A stretch of 60,132 nucleotides of DNA, filler included, from Squatina squatina (Eukaryota), in NCBI GenBank assembly GCA_031763465.1. It is 4 parts of 4 records of this genome, joined end to end, with 100 filler letters (N's around TTAATTAATTAA, not from the genome) between each part and the next. Parts side by side here need not be neighbours in the genome. Positions count along the whole stretch, not along the records: positions 44,373 to 60,132 come from JARFOE010000115.1; 3 more parts are not named here. The stretch is one strand, 5' to 3'. The translations under genes and the position numbers were made by a program. Below are positions 51,707 through 60,132 of this stretch, piece after piece. The first letter of the stretch is position 1, and each line of letters opens with the position of its first letter. Under the pieces are notes generated by a model, which ran no database searches, was not told the DNA's origin, and worked only from the letters and a program-made list of their open reading frames with translations.

Positions 51707-54234
51707 CTAAAAGAAAGAGGGAAGGTGAAGAGAGAGATTAGTTTTCCTCACCCCACCATGATGGAATTTGAAGTCACTTCAACAATACAAAAATATTTGG
51801 GGAGAAAACGTCTTAAATTTTAGCAATGCAGTGATGTTTTTCAAACGCAACACCAAAAAAGTTTGCTAGTTGCACAGCATGCCCTAAATTTTCCAAAAGA
51901 GAGTGTAAAACAGAGTAAAACTTGTACAAAAATACTTGCAGCATTTATATAGTGTTGTTGAAATGTCTTCAAGTGCATCATAGAACAAATTACTTTTCGA
52001 TTATAATATGTAGGGGAAAAAAAGACTTTCATTCAAAATGTTCACACACCAGTACTTCTTGGATGAAATACATAGCGGCTTATAATATGATGATGTGCAC
52101 CCGATGCACAAATATAAGTGGGAGCCTATGCCCAAGGCCAATACTTTCACTTTAAATCAGGCAGCTGCCAAAGTCGTACTCCAGCCGCACAATCCAACTC
52201 AGGTGCTCAAGGGAGGTGACCTCAGAAATTTCCCAACCATACCTGCCAAATGCCTTCCCTACTGGGTGGCCACGCCCCTCCCCACCCCCACTCAACCCAC
52301 CCCGTGCTGAAAAATTACAAAGTTGGCTGTTGCTGCCAATCAACATTCTGGCCCTGGCAGTCACAGCATATCATGAGCAACACATGCAAAGCACCAGAAA
52401 ATTTTGCAAAAATGTAGTGACCGTACATTATCTGCTGAGGTTGGTTCATTTGTGTGCTGTACATGTAGAACCTGCACTGTGCCAGTGCTGCTGCTTAGGA
52501 GATGCATTATTGGCCCCGTAGTGCAAATGAACAAAATCTGCTTTTCCTATCAAAGCATAGCAAAACATGGCATTTCCTATTGAAATTTGGCAGTCTGATA
52601 ACAGCTGAACACAGAGCATTGTGTATTATGCTGTTTGTTGTCAGAGATTAAAATGTGCCGCAGTAATAAAGAGTTACACCACATCGCCCATATTAGCTTT
52701 CTTTATAGGTACTGAAGTTTTTAATGGCCTGACCAGCAGGTGGCATCATTGTTTCATCTTGTACATTGTACAAGAGTTGGAAACACTGATAAAAATTTGA
52801 ATAGCCTTTTCTTTGAACAAAGGAATACAGCCAAAGTGTTAAATTATTCAGATGTGCAGAAACAAACTTTACTAGTAATTTCAACACTAATTTTTTAAGC
52901 TTTCTAAGCCTAAAGAAAGCTTATATAAAAAAAAAAGAATTTGAAGACCCCATTTTTTCCCCCTTGAGCTGCTTACTGTTGCACCAGAAGCAACTCTGAA
53001 AAGTCCCATGTCTGCCTCTAGTAATCGGTGGGGATCCAAACATCCCACGCTGCACTGAGTTTGACCCATAATGCACCTCTGGCTATGTGAGGCTGCATTG
53101 GTGGCTCTTGTTCTCAGGCAGCCTGTCCTCCCCGTGCCTTCCCCCGCCCTCAGTTTGGAACCTTTAACCTAGTATATTGTTCCAAATATTGTGTTCATAA
53201 GCTAACCTTAATTGGTGAATATTCTTGGCTGTTTTATGCCTCATTGATAGTTCCTGAAAATGATCGTACTTCTTCATAAAAATTAGCCAGGACTTGAGAG
53301 GCCAGAATTAAAAAGGACTGAAATAAAGTCAAACAGTATCTTATGCTGCAGAATGAATTTTTATAACTATAGCGGTAGACAAAATGGCGCTCAACTTGTT
53401 TGGCAGCGAACTTGGAAACTGTAACTAAAGTTTTCACAATAGATGCAAATTTCTTGTTTCGTGTGGAGATAATGCTGTCATCAAATGTTAATATATCCAG
53501 TTAAAATATTTCACGACTTTAGTGCAAGATTGTTTCTAAATTTGTTTTGCTGACAACCCATTGGTTTGCAGTACTCAAACCTTGGGGATATAAATCATTG
53601 CCTGGGTCATGGATAATTCCCACAGCTCTTAATCAAGTGCTAATAAGTGTCTCTAGTTTCAATTAGACAGCGGCATTGCGTGGAACTGGTTCTGAACACG
53701 AGTTAATGTCCACATTAACTTTATTTTTATCGATAAACTAGGAGTGGTTGAGTTAGGAAAAATTAAACCATTATTTTCCAACGGTTTGAAGAAAATAGCC
53801 TGAATCATGAACCACTAGTTAAAAACCATGTACTGTACAAATGACTACATAATTACAGATAGTGACAAAATAAATGATGTAAAATTCTCCATGTATTTGT
53901 CATTGACAAAACAAACATTGGCAGTGGAAAAGGTTTTTTAAAAAAAAAACTGATGTCACCGTCTAACAATTCAAGATTCGATTCATGGCCAACAGCAGCC
54001 ATTGGAATCAGTGCGCAATACTTTTGTTCTCATGTAACAACATTCAACAAAAAACTGCTTTAAAAAAATAAAATCTCTTACATAAATGCCCCCCATGGAC
54101 AACTAATAGTCAACTAAATGTGCATAATAGCATGGTCCAGAACTGTCCTGATTGAGTAATTATTATTTTGCTAGATTGAAATTAATTACTGGCCTATGAC
54201 CACCACTAGACTGTCGAACTGTGTTGTAAACCGT

Positions 54235-54610
54235 GGCCTGGATTTTGAGGGGCCAATGACTGCGTATGCGTCGTCGTAAGCCTTGTAAAGGGCCCCGTTT
54301 GTGATCTGTCTAGATTCGCCTTGACAGATTCTCAGAACTGAAAAAAAAAATCATTTTTGCTGGTGTAGAGTTGGGCTTTTTGCCCAACTAATGCCCAGAA
54401 ATGCCCAGTAGGGCCTGCTTTCGCCAACCTTAAAGGTTAATATAAATGTTAAATTAAAAATTTTAAAATAAAAGCATCATCCACAAACATTTAAAATTAG
54501 TTTATGTAAATCTTGGCTCGGATTAAAATGTTTAAAGTTATTTTAAAAAAATGACATTTTGATTGCAAATGCTTCATTATAGGGACTTTAAATTAAATTT
54601 GAAAATGGGA
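54235..54610. mobile_element. Non-autonomous DNA transposon left end, same family as 32151
   Basis: Starts tggcctggatttt; shared internal motifs with 32220-32280; runs into a gap. Confidence 0.55.
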
Positions 54611-55107
54611 NNNNNNNNNNNNNNNNNNNNNNNNNNNNNNNNNNNNNNNNNNNNNNNNNNNNNNNNNNNNNNNNNNNNNNNNNNNNNNNNNNNNNNNNNN
54701 NNNNNNNNNNCTATTTCACTCTTTGGGGAAGGGAAGGAGGAACTCAGTGGCTGAACGGTTAAATAGCTATGAAAACACACCCAAGAGCTATACATCCTGT
54801 GCTCCCCCAGTCCTACAATGCTCAGCTCAGCACAAAGATATTTAAATTAAATTTAGGTCAATGCTTAGAGTTAAAAACAAACAAAAGGACCTGTACGGAG
54901 TCAATTTAGAGGAGCATACATGCATTTCCCAATAAGGTGGTCAAAGGTTAAGAATCTTAGTAATGAGGAAAAGTGGAGCATTCCTCATTAGGTAGTCCTA
55001 GATTTTCCCCAGGCTTTGCTCCCCTGCTGGATCCAAACTGGAATTCAATTGGCCTGAAATTGCAATCCAAACATCATTTTCTCCTTTATATTCAGATTAC
55101 TACTTAC

Positions 55108-55221
55108 CATTCCCTCTGCCTCCATTTCTGCAAGGCGGGTCCTGTGCTTTCGACCTAATCGCAAGACCTTTTTCCAAGTATAGTAGTATTCTACACACTG
55201 TGCCACTGTCTTTGACTTTAC
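55108..55221 (-). CDS. TRERF1: TRERF1 exon, C-terminal half of SANT domain
   Basis: ttcttacag|GTA AAG ... GGA ATG|gtaag, 114 nt, encodes [38 protein letters not shown]. Confidence 0.95.
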
Positions 55222-57353
55222 CTGTAAGAAGGTAATAAAGTTAATAGTGCTGCAGCATTACAATCAGAATTCTATAGTCCACATATATTTGCTTAATAAG
55301 AGGTTTTACATTAACCTTTAAAACAGAGCTTGTTTACCATTATACGAACAAGTTGCAGGTACATGTATAGGAGTATATATAACAAGAGTTAGAAATTTAC
55401 AACCCTATTTGAGACTAAGAGTAGGGACGATAGTCTTAAATGCGTGTTATATCCTCCAGCAGGTTTTCTTCCCAGCAATATATTTTTGCCAGACAGTGGA
55501 CCCCCAGTATCACAGCAGTGCATTCCTCCACTTACGACGGTCAGCTGATTTCTACACCATTTATCCAGCACTGGAATTTACATCGTTTCCTTGCACCTCT
55601 GTGAAACTCCATGGGTTGTTTTTTTTTTATATTAATCCCCATTGGGAGTTTCTGCTAATTGTGCTCATTTGTGCAGGAATTTGTGGAGTCTCTAAAAATT
55701 GTGCTGGTTATTTTGGGTACAAGGACACTGGTAGAAATGTTTTAAAAGCTTTGGAAAGTAACTTTTTAATTTACTAAGATACTGACAATTGTACCCCAAT
55801 GTAACTAGGAAATGGTTCTGTATATTTTTAATAAAAATTTTAAAATGGAGTTATTCAAAATGTGGTGGAATGACACTGATTAAAAAAAGCTTTTTTTTTT
55901 TAAATGATAACCCACTTTCAGCTGTATTATTCAAACTGCACCTAGTTACCATTCAAATATATCAAGCAATATTTTTTAAAGCAAATTTAAAAAAAAATTA
56001 AAACGCTGCTCGATTGCGTTGGTTCGTGGCAGATTTTGCATTCGGCGATACGCAAATGAGCTTTAGTGGAAACTCTAGGGAAAAAAAACACTTTTCAAAA
56101 TGGGCACAATTTGGGGTGTAATTTATGCCCGTTTCGCCCATTGCACCCAAAGCAGAAACTTTACCCTGTAAGAATAACTTAATTTCTAGATTGCATGCTA
56201 AAACATAGTAAAGGGAATACAACTGATGCATAAATAATAAGTTTTAGGATGTGCATTTTTCATAGCCTGCACAGGCTCCATAAGCCCCATGCAAGAAAAA
56301 TAAAATCAGGACAGGCCTAAGAAACGAAGCTCCCAAGAATCTGTCTCNNNNNNNNNNNNNNNNNNNNNNNNNNNNNNNNNNNNNNNNNNNNNNNNNNNNN
56401 NNNNNNNNNNNNNNNNNNNNNNNNNNNNNNNNNNNNNNNNNNNNNNNTTACTGCCAGGCCTTTGCTATCCTACGTAGAACTTACAGTATAAGACTTCTTC
56501 AAATTCAGCAGCTAATTGACAGTTTGGCTAAATAAAATAAAACAGATGCTAAACAAAAATGCTGTATGCATTCATTTTGTTGTGGAAAGCAACAGAAATC
56601 TGACTGGTTTATTTGGTACAGTCTACTTTTCTTTTTAGTGTTTTCTTTTTCTTTTCAATTTCCTAATTCTGTTCATTATTTGGTATCAATATCTGATGAT
56701 GTACTGTGCAAAGAATTTATAAAGAGGTTTGAATGATGACTGCTGTCATCCACACTTTGGCCGCTAAGCTCTATACAGTAGGCTGTACATATGAAACAAA
56801 TGATCACGCCCTAAAATATTAGCATCGGAAAAACAAAACGCTAATCAACGTGTGGATTTCCAGCATTTTAAATTTTTTCTTCACATTTCCACAATTGCTT
56901 TTTTCCCCCTTATATCTATGCAATGCATGCAAAGGATGTACAGGGGTGGTTTTCTGGAGGGATATTCCTCAGGGTAGCGAAGCTTCTCTACACCTATCAA
57001 AATATAAAATTTCTTTATTTTGTAAAAGCTACAAAAAATAAAAAATTGCCAAGTGTTTATCAGCAGATCTTCCGCAATTTTGTTTCTTCTATAAATAATT
57101 CCACCTGAAGAAAATGTTAAATAAAAAAAGATTCTGCTACTATAAAATGAAATGGAAGTTGGTTTTAATTATAAGCTGCCATAAAATGTATTAAAATCCA
57201 GTCATTTAACAACAATATTCATTTCCCACTGCAAACATCTGCTATCACTGCAGTTCAAATGATTTAATAAAAATGCTAAATGTATGTTGTGCAAGCAGTA
57301 CATCACCCCAGTTAATAATCAGCAATTGGAACATGTTTTAATATCGTACTTAC

Positions 57354-57457
57354 CAAAATGTTACCATTTGCCTCAAACAGACAATGTAAAGCGAGTTCTC
57401 GATTTGTCCCACCACCCGGTAGCACACTCGAGCAAGCCATGTTCAGCACATCTTCCA
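57354..57457 (-). CDS. TRERF1: TRERF1 exon, ELM2 domain
   Basis: ttacag|TG GAA GAT ... ATT TTG|gtaag, 104 nt, encodes (V)[34 protein letters not shown] with the ELM2 CSSxLPGGGTNxExALH motif. Confidence 0.93.
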
Positions 57458-57554
57458 CTGTAACATTTTTAAAAATCAAGTTTACACAATTTCTAAATGT
57501 TTAAAAAGGTATCTCCAACTTCATAAGCAAAATCAAGCGGTAAAAGATTGCATC

Positions 57555-57790
57555 ACACGCTTCAAAGAACAGAGGAATTCTTTTGGTCCACAATGATCCT
57601 TCAACCAACATCAGAATAGATTAACTGATGACTTAAATAATTGGTGTTCATTGGATTTACTGTACATAAACTGGCTGTTGTGTTCGCCTACACAACAGCT
57701 TAAAAATACTCCATTAGCCGTGAAATACTTTGGAATATTTCTAAGATGCAAAAAGCCCTACATAAATGCAAATGTTCGTTCTTTCTTTCT
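57555..57790 (+). mobile_element. Highly decayed DeuSINE 3' half
   Basis: aaagaacagaggaattct...caaccaacatcag...aaactggctg...tacataaatgcaa follows the order of the copies at 16179 and 27722. Confidence 0.6.
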
Positions 57791-58453
57791 GTCAGTACAC
57801 AAGAAGAAAACATAACCTTGGTGCTTTCCTTAAAGAAAGAGAATTGTTGTGAAATTCTTAAAACTAAGCTGCATTAAAAAAATCAGTGGGTTCAACTGAC
57901 GAACCAGCTAACAATAATTTAGATGTCTTACACAATGAATTTTCAACATTTTTGTGTTTTTCCCATAGCTGTTGAATGTTGGGCAAAGACACATTGCCAG
58001 TAAAATGATTTTGTTTTACTGGATAATGTTTAATTCAAGCAAAAATAAAAAAAAAAAGCCTGTGAGTGTACTAGTACTGTATCCTGTACTTTGTGGGAAG
58101 ATGTAATTTCAAGCTTGAAGTTCTCAACAGGGCACATTCCTGGTCTCTGCTGCATTGCCAGAGACAGATACTAAACACAGGCTAGACAGTGTTCGACAGG
58201 GAGGAAGAGGGATGAGGGTAAAAAATAAACTCACTCTGCCCCAGTGATTGACTCAAAGTATGGCACTGGGACTTAAGGTAGTCTACCCACTCTTTGCAAA
58301 ACAGAATATGCCTACACACAGGATAACAAAAAGAGAGAAAGTTTTTCTCCCCTCCTCCAAACAACCCACCCCCGGAACCCTCATTTCCTGGAGTTGTCAA
58401 CTCACGCTGGGGTATGACTGTCCAAGTGCAGGTGGCCCAACAGTATATTATCG

Positions 58454-58857
58454 AAGAACATAAGAAACAGGAGCCGGAGTAGGCCATTTGACCCCTTGAG
58501 CCTGCTCCGCAAATCAATAAGATCATGGCTGATCTTCTACCTCAACTCCACTTTCCCATCTATCCCCATATCCCTCGATTCCCTTTATAACCAAGAATCT
58601 ATCGATCTCTGTCTTGAANNNNNNNNNNTCCACAACCCTCTGGGATAGAGAATTCCAAAGACTCATCACCCTTCGAGTGAAGAAATTTCTCCTCATCTTA
58701 GTCTTAAATGGCCGAACCCTTATTCTGAGACTGTGACCCTTGGTTCGAGACTCCCCAGCCAGAGGAAACATCCTCCCTGCATCTCCCATGTAAAGCCCTT
58801 TAAAAATTTTATATGTTTCAATGAGATCACCTCTCCTTCTGCTAAAGAGTATAGGTC
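58454..58857 (-). mobile_element. CR1 LINE 3' end, relatively young
   Basis: GRMFPLAGESRTKGHSLRIRVRPFKTKMRRNFFTRRVMSLWNSL...FKTEIDRFL plus 3' UTR and the ttcttatgttct tail. Confidence 0.92.
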
Positions 58858-60043
58858 NNNNNNNNNNNNNNNNNNNNNNNNNNNNNNNNNNNNNNNNNNN
58901 NNNNNNNNNNNNNNNNNNNNNNNNNNNNNNNNNNNNNNNNNNNNNNNNNNNNNNNNNNNNNNNNNNNNNNNNNNNNNNNNNNNNNNNNNNNNNNNNNNNN
59001 NNNNNNNNNNNNNNNNNNNNNNNNNNNNNNNNNNNNNNNNNNNNNNNNNNNNNNNNNNNNNNNNNNNNNNNNNNNNNNNNNNNNNNNNNNNNNNNNNNNN
59101 NNNNNNNNNNNNNNNNNNNNNNNNNNNNNNNNNNNNNNNNNNNNNNNNNNNNNNNNNNNNNNNNNNNNNNNNNNNNNNNNNNNNNNNNNNNNNNNNNNNN
59201 NNNNNNNNNNNNNNNNNNNNNNNNNNNNNNNNNNNNNNNNNNNNNNNNNNNNNNNNNNNNNNNNNNNNNNNNNNNNNNNNNNNNNNNNNNNNNNNNNNNN
59301 NNNNNNNNNNNNNNNNNNNNNNNNNNNNNNNNNNNNNNNNNNNNNNNNNNNNNNNNNNNNNNNNNNNNNNNNNNNNNNNNNNNNNNNNNNNNNNNNNNNN
59401 NNNNNNNNNNNNNNNNNNNNNNNNNNNNNNNNNNNNNNNNNNNNNNNNNNNNNNNNNNNNNNNNNNNNNNNNNNNNNNNNNNNNNNNNNNNNNNNNNNNN
59501 NNNNNNNNNNNNNNNNNNNNNNNNNNNNNNNNNNNNNNNNNNNNNNNNNNNNNNNNNNNNNNNNNNNNNNNNNNNNNNNNNNNNNNNNNNNNNNNNNNNN
59601 NNNNNNNNNNNNNNNNNNNNNNNNNNNNNNGAATGGCCTACTCCTGCACCTATTTTCTATGTCAGTACCTCAATTGTCAGCTAGTGGCTCCAAAGAGTCC
59701 TGGGTGTTGACCAAGAGAGTCACTGAATATTCAATTTCAGTATTGGCTGAATATAATCCAGCACCGAGCTGTAACTGAATTAAAAAAAAATCATTGCCAT
59801 CCAAAATGGCAACCTGAGCCACAACAGCAACCAATCACTGCTAATTAAGCTGCTGTTGGGGCCTCCATGATGTTGTGGAAAGATCAAAAAACTTGAACTA
59901 GGCAGGAGATTTAAACAAGTTAAAATATTAAACAAAAGAGTAGTTTACATGGAAAATTACTTCACTTGGCAGTAATATTCCCAACTGACACCATTCTGTG
60001 TAACATATTATGATGCAAAGCAGTCACTAAAGAGGCTTTATAC

Positions 60044-60132
60044 CTTTTTGTTGTACTTCTGGATCATCCAGTTCACACCAAGGCTTCCACACCAAGTCAG
60101 CTTTGGAGACATCGTTTTCAACCAGTGCCCTG
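60044..60132 (-). CDS. TRERF1: TRERF1 exon, ELM2 domain, cut by window edge
   Basis: Encodes RALVENDVSKADLVWKPWCELDDPEVQQK then G|gtata; LVWKPW motif; G+TG = Val joins the next exon in frame. Confidence 0.9.

Noticed and set aside
58733-59710. 325-aa and 287-aa ORFs
   Set aside because: Almost entirely X from a 773-nt N run; the same applies to other gap-spanning ORFs in the track.

Overview
Eukaryotic (vertebrate) draft-assembly sequence, most likely from a cartilaginous fish judging by its repeats (DeuSINE/SacSINE1-like SINEs, CR1, L2, Penelope-like elements). It is not one locus: three artificial 100-nt spacers (44 N + TTAATTAATTAA + 44 N at 16079-16178, 31049-31148, 44273-44372) join four separate scaffolds, each broken by many N gaps. 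Scaffold 1 (1-16078) has a CpG-rich non-coding start, two LRRC27 exons (-) and two STK32-family kinase exons (+). Scaffolds 2 and 3 (16179-44272) show no coding exon I can recognise, only transposon relics and enhancer-like unique sequence. Scaffold 4 (44373-60132) has the last two coding exons of MRPS10 (-) and five exons of TRERF1 (-). Most ORFs in the supplied track are spurious (read through N runs or antisense to LINEs). I found no supportable evidence for a novel biological system. The best leads are a paralog/synteny conflict at the STK32 exons, a nested stack of miniature DNA transposons in a CR1, fold-back elements and candidate conserved non-coding regions. Gene and repeat names come from recalled homology, not from database searches; repeat boundaries are approximate.
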